A stretch of DNA of 64,000 nucleotides from an uncultured Mycoplasmatota bacterium. Lineage in GTDB: Bacteria; Bacillota_I; Bacilli_A; RF39; UBA660. This document shows, piece by piece, positions 1-9,874 of this stretch. Position 1 is the stretch's first letter. Each line of letters opens with the position of its first letter. A model generated the notes under the pieces. It worked only from the letters and a program-made list of their open reading frames with translations. It ran no database searches and had not been told where the DNA came from. The DNA lies in assembly GCA_900543675.1 (NCBI GenBank), contig UQRY01000002.1:17750-81749 (forward strand), written 5' to 3'. The position numbers were made by a program, and so were the translations under genes.

Positions 1-2
1 AA

Positions 3-659
3 TATTTACTAGTCATCAATAAAAAATCAGGTATGGTTGTTCATCCCGCACCAGGTAATTATCATGGTACTTTAGTCAATGCCTTGATTCATCGTTTTAA
101 CTGGAAAAAAGAGAATAATATTAGACCGGGAATTGTTCATCGAATCGATAAAGACACAAGTGGATTATTGGTAGTTGCTAAAACAGAGAAAGTCCATGAA
201 GAGTTAAGTGAAATGATAAAAAGACACGAAGTAGAAAGAATCTATTATGCCTTAGTAGATGGCGTAATTCCGCACAGTACTGGAACGATAGATGCCCCAA
301 TTGGAAGAGATACAGATAACCGTCAAAAGATGAAAGTAACCGATCAAAATAGTAAAGATGCTGTTACCCATTTTAAAGTATTAAAACGGTATCCTAAAAA
401 TACCTTAATCGAATGCAAGCTAGAAACTGGACGTACTCATCAAATTAGAGTACATCTTGCTTATATAGGTTATCCAATACATAATGATCCTGTCTATGGA
501 AAGACTACCAAAACAACACCGTTTGGTCAATACTTACATGCTAAAAAGATTTCGTTTATCCATCCAGTTATGAAAGAAAAATTATCGTTTGAAACCCCAT
601 TACCTGAAGAGTTTACCTCTTATTTAGCAGAGTTAGAACAAGAAAACAGAAAGGAGTAA
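3..659 (+). CDS. RluA/RluD-family pseudouridine synthase, 5' end outside the window
   Basis: Frame is open from nt 3 (YLLVINKKSGMVVHPAPGN precedes the tracked Met at 33). HRIDKDTSGLLVVAKT catalytic-Asp motif and GRTHQIRVH motif. Confidence 0.9.
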   Translation, partial: YLLVINKKSGMVVHPAPGNYHGTLVNALIHRFNWKKENNIRPGIVHRIDKDTSGLLVVAKTEKVHEELSEMIKRHEVERIYYALVDGVIPHSTGTIDAPIGRDTDNRQKMKVTDQNSKDAVTHFKVLKRYPKNTLIECKLETGRTHQIRVHLAYIGYPIHNDPVYGKTTKTTPFGQYLHAKKISFIHPVMKEKLSFETPLPEEFTSYLAELEQENRKE

Positions 660-662
660 TTT

Positions 663-1799
663 ATGGAAGATACCTTAAACCGAAAAGATAGAATCGTAAT
701 GAAATTACTACATTATTTCATTACTGAACAAAACTATAGCCCTATCATCTTACAGGGCGCAGAAGATGAAATTTGGTTAGAAAACTTAGACAAAGATTAT
801 AAAATTGTTCGTATTGTTTCTAATTACATTCATAATGATGAACAATTAAACTTCGACCTATTTAAAACTGGAAGAATTGTAAAAAAGATAAAACGAAAAA
901 CCTTTTCTTTTCATATGAATGTTCTATCGATCTATACTGATCTAGGAGATAATGCTCATTTAGATAAGATACAGAATAATGATTGTATGTTCTTATATGA
1001 TGAAAAAGATATAAAAAATTATAGTTTTATTGATAAAGCTTTTCCAGATATAAAAAACAAGTTAAAATTCACAGAAAAGGGACTACAATTATTTGTAAAA
1101 ATTACGAATGATATTAATATGAAAAATAAAAAAGAAGCAGAAAAAGCTGAAGATGTGTTTAAACCAAAAAAAACAGTCATCACACCGATTTTAATTGGAA
1201 TAAATGTTTTAGTATATTTATTAATGATGTTTGGAAATTATGATTATATCATCAATGAATTCTGTGTCTATGGACCACTTATCCGTTATGGAGAATATTA
1301 CCGACTATTAACAGGGATTTTCCTTCATGGTAGTCTTTTACATCTATTGTTTAACTGTTATGCTTTATATGTAATTGGTAGTCAAATGGAAAGCTTCATG
1401 GGTAAGGGTAAGTACTTAATCATCTATTTATTCTCTGGACTAATTGGAAGCTTAACTTCAATTGCGTTAAATGGAGATACAGCGAGTCTCGGAGCAAGTG
1501 GTGCCATCTTTGGTTTGATGGGAAGTATGCTTTACTTTGGTTATCATTATCGGGTATATCTCGGAAATGTTCTAAAAAGCCAATTAATTCCTCTAATCAT
1601 TATCAACTTAGTACTCGGTATGATTACTCCAGGTGTAGATAATTATGCTCATATCGGTGGCCTAATTGGTGGTATTTTAATTACCATTTCACTAGGTGTG
1701 AAATATAAAAGTACTACTTTTGAAAAAGTAAATGGTTGGATCGTAACCGCTTTATTTACGATATTTATGATCTATATGGGTATTTTTGCTTTTAGATAA
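663..1799 (+). CDS. Rhomboid-family intramembrane serine protease with ~170 aa cytoplasmic N-domain
   Basis: Multi-TM C-terminal core with HGSLLHLLFNCYALY, catalytic GASGAIFGLMG and HIGGLIGG motifs. Confidence 0.9.
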   Translation: MEDTLNRKDRIVMKLLHYFITEQNYSPIILQGAEDEIWLENLDKDYKIVRIVSNYIHNDEQLNFDLFKTGRIVKKIKRKTFSFHMNVLSIYTDLGDNAHLDKIQNNDCMFLYDEKDIKNYSFIDKAFPDIKNKLKFTEKGLQLFVKITNDINMKNKKEAEKAEDVFKPKKTVITPILIGINVLVYLLMMFGNYDYIINEFCVYGPLIRYGEYYRLLTGIFLHGSLLHLLFNCYALYVIGSQMESFMGKGKYLIIYLFSGLIGSLTSIALNGDTASLGASGAIFGLMGSMLYFGYHYRVYLGNVLKSQLIPLIIINLVLGMITPGVDNYAHIGGLIGGILITISLGVKYKSTTFEKVNGWIVTALFTIFMIYMGIFAFR

Positions 1800-1843
1800 T
1801 ACTATAAGATAAAGTAGAAAATGTACAAAATCTCTTTAAGCAG

Positions 1844-1872
1844 TTGAAGAAAAGAAAAATAAATGTTAGAAT
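1844..1872 (+). promoter_or_regulatory. Sigma-A-type promoter for the ireB-ruvX-DUF1292 unit
   Basis: TTGAAG (1844-1849), 17-nt spacer, TAGAAT (1867-1872), 24 nt upstream of the ireB start. Confidence 0.5.
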
Positions 1873-1895
1873 GTTTATTGTAAAGAGGTGATAAA

Positions 1896-2144
1896 ATGGA
1901 ATCAAAAACTACTCATTTATATGATATTGAAGAGTTTGATAAAGCCTTAGTAGAAGCGATTCTAACAGAAGTAAGAGATGCTTTAAAAGATAAAGGATAT
2001 GATCCGATTAATCAATTGACTGGATATTTGATGAGTGGCGATCCTGGATATATATCATCTCATCAAGATGCCAGAAAGAAGATAACCGGTATCGATAGAA
2101 GTAAAATTATCGAAGTGTTACTGAGAAAAGGTTTAGACGAATGA
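1896..2144 (+). CDS. ireB: IreB/YrzL-family (UPF0297) regulatory phosphoprotein
   Basis: KGYDPINQLTGYLMSGDPGYISSHQDARKKI matches the YrzL/IreB core. Conserved position upstream of ruvX. Confidence 0.85.
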   Translation: MESKTTHLYDIEEFDKALVEAILTEVRDALKDKGYDPINQLTGYLMSGDPGYISSHQDARKKITGIDRSKIIEVLLRKGLDE

Positions 2145-2560
2145 GATATTTAGGACTAGATTTAGGAACAAAGACTTTAGGATTAGCAATATCTGATGAA
2201 CTAGGTACAATTGCGACAAGCTACAAAATACTTCATCATCAAGAAGATTACGATAGCTTAATTTTCCAATTAGAGGAAGTAGTTAACGAAAAAAATATTA
2301 AAGCATTTGTATTAGGGTTTCCTAAGAATATGAACAATTCAGTAGGAGAACGAGGAGAAATTACCTTAAAGTTTAAAGAAAAACTAGAAAGAGAGTTTCA
2401 ACTACCTGTTTATATGGAAGATGAGCGATTAACTACTCGCCAAGCCGAAAATTTATTAATCAGTAATAATACAAGTCGAAAAAAGAGAAAAAAGGTAATA
2501 GATTGTGTAGCTGCTACCATCATATTACAGAGTTTTTTAGATAGAAGGGAAAGAAAATAA
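2141..2560 (+). CDS. ruvX: Holliday-junction-resolvase-like nuclease RuvX/YqgF
   Basis: MRYLGLDLGTKTLGLAISD N-terminus, VLGFPKNMNNSVGE and AATIILQSFLD. Start overlaps the ireB stop (ATGA). Confidence 0.9.
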   Translation: MRYLGLDLGTKTLGLAISDELGTIATSYKILHHQEDYDSLIFQLEEVVNEKNIKAFVLGFPKNMNNSVGERGEITLKFKEKLEREFQLPVYMEDERLTTRQAENLLISNNTSRKKRKKVIDCVAATIILQSFLDRRERK

Positions 2561-2874
2561 TGAAAGAAAATACGTTTAAAATGGTTACAGAAGATGGAAA
2601 AGAAATTATATGTAATGTTTTGTTTACCTTTGATAGTGAAGAAACAAAAAAGAGTTATATTGCCTATACAGACAATACTTATGAACCGGATGGTAGCATC
2701 AAAGCTTATGCCGCCGTATATCATCCAGAAAATTTAAATGCAGGATTCGAACCCATCGAAACAGAAAAAGAATGGAAAGTCGTAGAAACTATTCTAGAAG
2801 CCATCCAAGAAGAAGTACGAAATAAAATTCAACAACAAGGTGAGACAGCTCCTGTTAGTCCTAACGAGCAATAA
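2560..2874 (+). CDS. DUF1292 (YrzB-like) protein
   Basis: Small acidic protein (VLFTFDSEETKKSYIAYTD). Conserved position between ruvX and mltG, as in Bacillus yrzB. Confidence 0.75.
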   Translation: MKENTFKMVTEDGKEIICNVLFTFDSEETKKSYIAYTDNTYEPDGSIKAYAAVYHPENLNAGFEPIETEKEWKVVETILEAIQEEVRNKIQQQGETAPVSPNEQ

Positions 2875-2918
2875 ATTTTTGCTCGTTATTTCATAAGAAA
2901 AAAACTGAGGAGAAAAGT

Positions 2919-3998
2919 ATGAAGAAGTTTAGAAATATTGCTTTAGGCATTTTAATTGCCTCTGTCATTATTATTGTTGGATGTTTAGGATTTTATCGTT
3001 TGATGATAAGTGCACCATCTGGTGATAAAACAACAAAAGAAGTGGAAATTCCAGCCAACTCTAGTAGTAAACAGATCGCAAGTATTTTAAAAGAACAAGA
3101 ATTAATTCGTGATGATAGAGTCTTTTTGATTTATTTAAAACTAAATAATGTTAATGATTTAAAAGCAGGATATTATGATCTTTCCCCAAGCATGGGAGTA
3201 GAAAAGATTGTAGCTACTTTACGAGAAGGTAGTACCAAAAATCCTAATGAGATTCAAATTACTTTTCAAGAAGGATTAAACATCAGAGAAATTGCGACAA
3301 TTATTAGTGATAATACAAGTAATAGTTACGAAGAAGTAATTGCGAAAGCGAATGATGAGGAATATATTAACCAATTGATGGAAAAGTATTGGTTTATCGA
3401 TGAAAGTGTAAAACAAGAAGGGATTTATTATGATTTAGAAGGGTATCTTTTCCCAGATACCTATAAATTGACAAATCGCGACGTCGATGTCGAGTATATT
3501 TTTAATAGGATGTTAGAAGAGATGGATCGTGTTTTAACTCCTCATAAAGAGGCAATTGAAGCTAGTGGGTTTACTCCTCATGAAATATTAACTCTTGCCT
3601 CGATGGTAGAAGAAGAAAGTGCTAATAAACAAGATCGGAATAAAGTAGCTAGTGTGTTTTTGAATCGTTTAAAGATTAGTATGCCACTAGGAAGTGACGT
3701 AACAACACGTTATGCCAATCAAATCGATAATAAAGGTCAAGCATTAACGGCCGCACAATATGCCTTACAAAATCCTTATAATACTCGCTTGACTAATGGA
3801 ACGATGGATGGAAAACTACCAATTGGACCGATTTGCTCTCCATCAGAAGAAGCAATTGAAGCAGCACTTTATCCAGATAGTCATAATTATTTGTATTTTA
3901 TTGCGAATATTCAAACATTAGAGACTTTCTTCTACGAAGATTATGCATCTTTTCTAGCTAAAAAGAATGAATTAGCTGCAGTAAATGGAGGACTCTAG
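2919..3998 (+). CDS. mltG: Endolytic murein transglycosylase MltG (YceG family)
   Basis: N-terminal TM anchor, LysM-like segment, and YceG core (LTLASMVEEES, VFLNRL, LGSDVTTRY, YNTR, LPIGPICSPS). Confidence 0.9.
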   Translation: MKKFRNIALGILIASVIIIVGCLGFYRLMISAPSGDKTTKEVEIPANSSSKQIASILKEQELIRDDRVFLIYLKLNNVNDLKAGYYDLSPSMGVEKIVATLREGSTKNPNEIQITFQEGLNIREIATIISDNTSNSYEEVIAKANDEEYINQLMEKYWFIDESVKQEGIYYDLEGYLFPDTYKLTNRDVDVEYIFNRMLEEMDRVLTPHKEAIEASGFTPHEILTLASMVEEESANKQDRNKVASVFLNRLKISMPLGSDVTTRYANQIDNKGQALTAAQYALQNPYNTRLTNGTMDGKLPIGPICSPSEEAIEAALYPDSHNYLYFIANIQTLETFFYEDYASFLAKKNELAAVNGGL

Positions 3999-4007
3999 GA
4001 GGAAAAA

Positions 4008-4607
4008 ATGGCAAATACAAGTATATATGCAGAAATAAGAGAAATCAAAAAATATGCCTTAGATAATAAGATTCCCATCATGGTCGATGAAGGAATTGAC
4101 TTTCTAACGACGTTTATCATTAAAAACCAAACCACCAATATTTTAGAAATTGGTAGTGCGATAGGGTATTCCGCTATCATGATGGCACTCGCCAATCCTA
4201 ACGTGAAAATTACGACAATAGAACGTGATCATGAACGTTATCTAGAAGCAGTTAAGAATGTAAAAAAATTAGGATTAGAAGATAGAATTACGCTAATTTT
4301 TAACGACGCCTTAGAAACAACGATAGAAGGTAAATTCGATTTGGTTTTTATCGATGCGGCAAAAGGACAAAATATTCGTTTCTTTGAAAAATTCGAACCC
4401 AATTTAACGGATCATGGTGTAATCATTACCGATAATATTGATTTTCATGGTCTAGTTCAAAAAGATGTAGAAAGTATTCAAAGTAGAAATCTAAGAGGAT
4501 TGATTAGAAAGATTAGAGAGTATATCGATTATTTAAAAAACAATCCCAAATACGATGTTGAATTTCTAAAAGTAGGAGACGGTATCGCTGTTGCTCGTAA
4601 GAAATAA
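4008..4607 (+). CDS. trmR: SAM-dependent O-methyltransferase, YrrM/TrmR type (tRNA 5-hydroxyuridine methyltransferase)
   Basis: Near full-length collinearity with B. subtilis YrrM as recalled from memory (ILEIGSAIGYSAIMMA, VFIDAAKGQ, GVIITDN, VGDGIAVARKK). Synteny after mltG. Confidence 0.85.
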   Translation: MANTSIYAEIREIKKYALDNKIPIMVDEGIDFLTTFIIKNQTTNILEIGSAIGYSAIMMALANPNVKITTIERDHERYLEAVKNVKKLGLEDRITLIFNDALETTIEGKFDLVFIDAAKGQNIRFFEKFEPNLTDHGVIITDNIDFHGLVQKDVESIQSRNLRGLIRKIREYIDYLKNNPKYDVEFLKVGDGIAVARKK

Positions 4608-4650
4608 CCTATAAAACTTCAAAAACTGAAGGTTTTATAGGCTTTTTTTA
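4608..4650 (+). terminator. Rho-independent terminator after trmR
   Basis: 13-14 bp stem CCTATAAAACTTC / GAAGGTTTTATAGG with a 7-nt loop, followed by CTTTTTTTA. Confidence 0.85.
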
Positions 4651-4680
4651 TTGCCAAGCTGCGAATTTTGTCGATATAAT
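4651..4680 (+). promoter_or_regulatory. Sigma-A-type promoter of the four-paralog array
   Basis: TTGCCA (4651-4656), 18-nt spacer, TATAAT (4675-4680), immediately after the trmR terminator. Confidence 0.55.
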
Positions 4681-4688
4681 AAAAATAA

Positions 4689-4713
4689 ATGAAATTTTAG
4701 AGAAAAATTTCAT
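4689..4713. promoter_or_regulatory. 10-bp perfect inverted repeat at the predicted transcription start (operator or 5' stem-loop)
   Basis: ATGAAATTTT agaga AAAATTTCAT, starting 9 nt downstream of the -10 box. Confidence 0.4.
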
Positions 4714-4818
4714 AATAGTAAGATAGGCGGCGCACGATGATAAAAAAGAAAACAACAGAAAAATACAGTGATGAATACCCGATTAATAAACATTTAAATA
4801 GAAGAGTAGGAGGACAAA

Positions 4819-6477
4819 ATGGATAGAGAAAAATTATATTTAATTCGAAATATTGTAATAGATGCTGATAGGCACGATTATTACTTGCCTGATGATGTGG
4901 TTTCTTGTTTATATCAAGAAAATACATCCTTATTAAAAAAAATAATTGATTTTGATCAATCGACTTTAAAAAAAGAAAAACAATTTTTGTTTAATTTTGT
5001 TTTTCAATCAGAACTCCCTTCAGTAGAAAAAGAACAGATTTTAGATCATTTGATGGATTACGCCATTTCCAATCCGGCTGGATTAGTAAATAACTATACA
5101 ACAATGCTTACTACGGTTTCCAATCTTCATCCAACAAGTAAAGAGATGAACGGGATAATCAAGTCTTTAAAGAAGGATAACAATTTATCTGCGGTAATTA
5201 CTCCATTTGTCCAGGTATTAAGGATGAAACTAAATGCCAAAGAGATTTTAGAAGTACTAAGACCTATTTCTGAAGAAAAAGATTGGGATAGTCAATCTAT
5301 TTATATTATACCAAGGATCTTTTTTGACATGTGTCCGTACTTAGATGAACGTCTAATTTCTCATGATACCTTTTTACAATATTTATCTTGGGGATTAAAA
5401 GAACCAGCTATTTCTTATGCTTTAAGTTCTAAAGAAATGCTTTCTCTTGTTAGAAATAAAAAGATGACTGAAGAAGACTTAAAACAAATCATGACTTGGA
5501 TTTATCAAGAAGAAATAAAAAACAGAGTGGAAATGATCTTTACTAGTCTCAATTTTAGACGTTTAGTAGACAAAGAAAGTATAAGTGTAAAAGATGTACT
5601 TAATTTTATCGAAAAGCATTTAGAAGAAAAAGACAGCTATTCTATTTCTATTTTGACGGATATTCTTCTCCGGGTAGAAGATCAATATCTAACTAAAGAT
5701 GGCGTTCAAAAGGTAGATCATCTAGCTTTAACCGAAAAGATATCCTCTATTGGTAAGAAGTCAGAAGCAACAATCTATCCTAATCCTATCCTTTATTCCT
5801 TTTTAAAAAATGATTATAGTGAGGAAGCACTACTTCAAATAGTAAAATTTTTAAATAGTTTGAGAGAAGAACAACGATATGCTTGTAGAAATCTGTTGCA
5901 GCAGCTTCCTCAAGATATCAATCTTTCAACTATCCAAGAATTACTAGAACAGTTTGTTAAACTAGATCCAGTTGCTACATCAATGTTCACGGATATGTTT
6001 AGCATGAATAATAATAGATTATATATGATATTAAGGAAAAATAAAGAGTATTATTCTATAATTTTCTATTTATTTGATCACCTTTCTAATCCAGTAACTG
6101 AAGAAGAATTGGATAAGCTCTTCACGGTAGGGAACATCTTAACTACGATTCCTGATTTAGCTTGCGTTGGTGAAAAAGAATGTCAAAAAGTTTTTGAAGA
6201 CATAAATAATAGTCGTCATATTATCGATTTAGTCTTCTCAACGACTGAAGAGTGGCAAAGAAGAAATATGGTATCAGCCGCAAAAGAAAATTTTCACTAT
6301 AAAAATATCGCAGTAGATAGCTATTTAGCCTTTATTGAATATGCATCTATTTATCCACCATGTGAAGAAAAGATAGAAAAATTTAACCGGTATTCTAAAC
6401 AGATCGAAGAAATAGATCAATTATTGAGGGCAAAAGAAGAGAACAATTCAAAAATTAAAGCTTTAAACCATCAGTAA
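4819..6477 (+). CDS. Hypothetical protein, paralog 1 of 4 (tandem family, function unknown)
   Basis: 552 aa ORF with SD GGAGGA. Shares collinear motifs with the next three ORFs (EKLYLIRNIVIDAD..LPDDVV, FLQYLSW, VLNFIEKHLEEKD, IIDLVFSTTEEWQRRN). Confidence 0.85.
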   Translation: MDREKLYLIRNIVIDADRHDYYLPDDVVSCLYQENTSLLKKIIDFDQSTLKKEKQFLFNFVFQSELPSVEKEQILDHLMDYAISNPAGLVNNYTTMLTTVSNLHPTSKEMNGIIKSLKKDNNLSAVITPFVQVLRMKLNAKEILEVLRPISEEKDWDSQSIYIIPRIFFDMCPYLDERLISHDTFLQYLSWGLKEPAISYALSSKEMLSLVRNKKMTEEDLKQIMTWIYQEEIKNRVEMIFTSLNFRRLVDKESISVKDVLNFIEKHLEEKDSYSISILTDILLRVEDQYLTKDGVQKVDHLALTEKISSIGKKSEATIYPNPILYSFLKNDYSEEALLQIVKFLNSLREEQRYACRNLLQQLPQDINLSTIQELLEQFVKLDPVATSMFTDMFSMNNNRLYMILRKNKEYYSIIFYLFDHLSNPVTEEELDKLFTVGNILTTIPDLACVGEKECQKVFEDINNSRHIIDLVFSTTEEWQRRNMVSAAKENFHYKNIAVDSYLAFIEYASIYPPCEEKIEKFNRYSKQIEEIDQLLRAKEENNSKIKALNHQ

Positions 6478-6497
6478 AATACAAGGAGCATCAAGAC

Positions 6498-8144
6498 ATG
6501 AAAGAAAAATTACTATGCATTAAAAACATCCTAATAGAAGCAGATAAGGAAAATTGGAGTCTACCAGATGATGTAGTGTCACGGTTAATGAAAGAAGAAC
6601 TATTTATATTAGAAATTTTTAGTAGAGAAGAGCTAATCAATAAATCAACTCATCTTGAGTTTTTACTAAATACTCCTCATTTAGAGAAAGAAATCAAAAA
6701 ACAGTTGCTGATTAAATTAATCAAAATAGGGCAAGAAATGCGACTAGTGTGTAAGCAAGAAGCGTTCCATCGATATGTAGTTTCTATAATTGCGTTTTCT
6801 AACCTAGAACCATCCAAGGAACAATTAGAAAAATTTGTCGATGCAACGCGTAATCGAGCGGATCATGAGTACTTTACTGATATCATAACCGTATTAGGAA
6901 AAATAGGAATAGAAAAAAAAGAAATTCTAACCGTCTTGGATGGTATTCCGATAGAAAAGCCAGAAACAAATTCTTTCGCTACCTATAATATAGTCCGAAT
7001 TATTGATCTAAGGTCTACTTATGAATGGATCAAGAAAAATAAAATTTCTCGCGAGGACTTTTTAGAATATTTATCTTCAAGTATAAAAAATGAAAAGTTA
7101 TCCCAGTTATTACTAGAGAATGAGTTCAAAAAACTAGAATTAAATACACAAGACTTTAAGATGATTATGAATGATTTTAAAGAACAACAAGAATCATTCA
7201 CAGAACTAGAATATGAAATATTAAATAGTTACTATTTTTTAGAACAAGTGAATGAAAAAAGAATGACTGTTTCTCGCCTTTTAAACTTTATTCAAGAACA
7301 AAAATCAAAAGAAGATATTCTACCTATCCAAATATTTAACGATTTATTACCTGGAGAGTGGGGTAGGAAAGTAGACATCATCAAACTTAGTAAACAAATT
7401 GCGACAATTATTCATCAAGAAAAGAAGGGGTATTCCGAAGAGATAAGTCGATTACTAAATGATTCCAGTATTCCATCACGATTTAGTGAAAAAAATATGG
7501 AAGAAAGAAAAACACAATTTCTCAGTTTACTTACCTATTTATTACAATTAGATACTACTCAGTTTCCTTATTTTATGCGAATAGTAAACAGTGGAATCTT
7601 AAAAAGCGAAAAAGGTATTCAAGATATTACCGATTATCTAAAACAATTTGAAAAGCTATCTCCTCGTTTATTATCTACATTTAGCGAAGCGATAGCTAGC
7701 TATTCTGTTAGAACTACTACGTATGATTCGGCTTATTATGATTTGTATCCTTATCTAATTCAAAAACTATCGGATAGAGTTACTCAAGAAGAGAAAGAAA
7801 AATTAGAAACTGCGCTTTCTATTTTAGGTAATGAGAAAAGTGAAGCAAACTGTACCAATAATATAAGAAACATTCAAGAAATTATCGATCTTCTTTTTGA
7901 AACTAAGTACGATTGGCAACGTAAAAATATTCAAGAAGTAGCTTTAGATAAATATCCAGCCGACATAAAAAATAATACTTATTTAATGATCATTAAATAT
8001 ATGGCAGAAATGAAACAAAGAGATAAAAAAGAATTACCACCAAAACCACCAACTTCGCGTTATCGACATTTTCAAGCGCAGATAGACGAAGTAAATGCGA
8101 TGTTAGAAGAATTAGAACCACCAAAAACAAAACTTAAAAAATAG
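6498..8144 (+). CDS. Hypothetical protein, paralog 2 of 4
   Basis: 548 aa, SD AAGGAG, 20 nt after paralog 1. Motifs EKLLCIKNILIEAD..LPDDVV, ISREDFLEYLS, LLNFIQEQKSKED, IIDLLFETKYDWQRKNI. Confidence 0.85.
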   Translation: MKEKLLCIKNILIEADKENWSLPDDVVSRLMKEELFILEIFSREELINKSTHLEFLLNTPHLEKEIKKQLLIKLIKIGQEMRLVCKQEAFHRYVVSIIAFSNLEPSKEQLEKFVDATRNRADHEYFTDIITVLGKIGIEKKEILTVLDGIPIEKPETNSFATYNIVRIIDLRSTYEWIKKNKISREDFLEYLSSSIKNEKLSQLLLENEFKKLELNTQDFKMIMNDFKEQQESFTELEYEILNSYYFLEQVNEKRMTVSRLLNFIQEQKSKEDILPIQIFNDLLPGEWGRKVDIIKLSKQIATIIHQEKKGYSEEISRLLNDSSIPSRFSEKNMEERKTQFLSLLTYLLQLDTTQFPYFMRIVNSGILKSEKGIQDITDYLKQFEKLSPRLLSTFSEAIASYSVRTTTYDSAYYDLYPYLIQKLSDRVTQEEKEKLETALSILGNEKSEANCTNNIRNIQEIIDLLFETKYDWQRKNIQEVALDKYPADIKNNTYLMIIKYMAEMKQRDKKELPPKPPTSRYRHFQAQIDEVNAMLEELEPPKTKLKK

Positions 8145-8156
8145 GAGAATAGAATT

Positions 8157-9863
8157 ATGGATAAAGAAAAATTACTATTAATCAAAGAAATCTTGATTTA
8201 TGCCGACGAGGAGAAAATAAAATTATTACCGGCCGATGTAGTTCCTAAACTATTAAAAGAAAGTATCGATATTTTACAGACTTTAAAAAATGATGAGTCT
8301 ACACATAAACCACTTTACTTAGAATTTGTTGTGAAGGCAGATATCGAGGATAAAGAGTTGAAAAAACAATTATTAGAGGAAATCATGGAAATAGGAAAGA
8401 CTATTCCTTCTTATGATGAAGATAAAACAAAAAATTTTAATCAATATGTTACTTCAATTATGAAATTTAATACTCTTGGTCCAACCAAAGAACAACTACT
8501 TAGTTGGGCGAAAAAAACAAAAAATAGAGGAAAAGATAGTCAGTCAAGGATGAATAAAATCATTGATGAATTCCAGACACATGAATTTTCTAATCAGGAA
8601 ATTTTATCCGTGTGTCAGTCCTATCTTTCTAGTGATGTTGGTATAACCGATGCTGACATAACTTTACTCAATATTCATTTTATTTTAAGTAATGAAGATA
8701 TATATCAGTGGCTAAAAGAAAAAGAAATTTCTCGCGAAAATTTCTTGAAATACTTATCTTGGGCGATGGAAAAAAGTGAAATTGCCTCTTTACTAGATGA
8801 AGATAAATTCTTTTCGCTAGAGATTAATGCCGAAGAGGTTGATCAACTACTAACAAAAATGAAAAACCAGAAATCACCAAATTTAGATTTAGAAGAAATA
8901 TTACTAAACGACAATTTTCAAAGTTTAGTATGCTGTCAAAATATCAATATATCTTCTTTCCTTGAATTTCTTCAAGAGATAGAAGAAAAAGAGGATCATT
9001 TGTCCTTAGAAGTGTTTAATGCGCTTATTTCAGAATATTGGAATGAAATTTATGAAGAAACAAACTTACACGATAACTCTTGGCCAATCATTGAACTAAG
9101 TCAAAAACTTGCCTCTATAATTAGAAAAGTACCAGAAAAGTATCCAGAGAACTTAATCACTATAATAGACGACGAAAATTTCGTCCAATTATTGGGACGA
9201 GAGGAAGACCTAAAGAACAGTCAAACTCAACTCATCCATTTATGTGAATTTTTATCTCAACAGGATGAAATGAATCTCGATCTTCTGATAAAAATTTTAG
9301 AATATAGTAATATTTCGGGAAGTATGAATTCTATCTCTGATCTTATTTCCTTCTTCAAACAATTCGTACAACTGGATTATTCCCTTATAGAGTCACTTCA
9401 TCAATCGATAACCAGTTCAAATGTAAAGTACATTTCTTATAATAATGAACAAATTTATCAAGTGTATCCTTATCTAATAGGAAAGTTATCTGATCCTGTA
9501 ACTAAATTAGAAGAGAAGCAACTAGAAACGGCTCTTTCTGTTTTAGATCATGCAAAGTATGGAGAAACTGATACGTTAAACATCTATCGTGGAGTTATCG
9601 ATCTTATTTTCGAAACAAGATACAACTGGCAACGCCAAAATATTATTGATGTTGCGTCAGAAGATTATCCATCGAATTTAAATAAAGATGCTTATTTAAG
9701 TACTATCTTCTATATGTCTAAAATGAAAGAAAGAGATGAAAAAGAAATTCCACCAGAATTTTTTGCTCCTTCATACGAGCTTTACCAAAAACAAATCGAT
9801 GAAGTGGATAACTTGTTAAAACGATTGGAACAAAATAATCCTAAAATATTACAGAAAAAATAG
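8157..9863 (+). CDS. Hypothetical protein, paralog 3 of 4
   Basis: 568 aa, SD TAGGAGA, 12 nt after paralog 2. Motifs EKLLLIKEILIYAD, ISRENFLKYLSW, FLEFLQEIEEKED, VIDLIFETRYNWQRQNI. Closest to paralog 2. Confidence 0.85.
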   Translation: MDKEKLLLIKEILIYADEEKIKLLPADVVPKLLKESIDILQTLKNDESTHKPLYLEFVVKADIEDKELKKQLLEEIMEIGKTIPSYDEDKTKNFNQYVTSIMKFNTLGPTKEQLLSWAKKTKNRGKDSQSRMNKIIDEFQTHEFSNQEILSVCQSYLSSDVGITDADITLLNIHFILSNEDIYQWLKEKEISRENFLKYLSWAMEKSEIASLLDEDKFFSLEINAEEVDQLLTKMKNQKSPNLDLEEILLNDNFQSLVCCQNINISSFLEFLQEIEEKEDHLSLEVFNALISEYWNEIYEETNLHDNSWPIIELSQKLASIIRKVPEKYPENLITIIDDENFVQLLGREEDLKNSQTQLIHLCEFLSQQDEMNLDLLIKILEYSNISGSMNSISDLISFFKQFVQLDYSLIESLHQSITSSNVKYISYNNEQIYQVYPYLIGKLSDPVTKLEEKQLETALSVLDHAKYGETDTLNIYRGVIDLIFETRYNWQRQNIIDVASEDYPSNLNKDAYLSTIFYMSKMKERDEKEIPPEFFAPSYELYQKQIDEVDNLLKRLEQNNPKILQKK

Positions 9864-9874
9864 GAGATAAAAAC

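Noticed and set aside
4697-4927. 76 aa minus-strand ORF across the leader and start of paralog 1.
   Set aside because: It overlaps the start and SD of a supported gene, and its translation is low complexity. It is most likely a shadow ORF.
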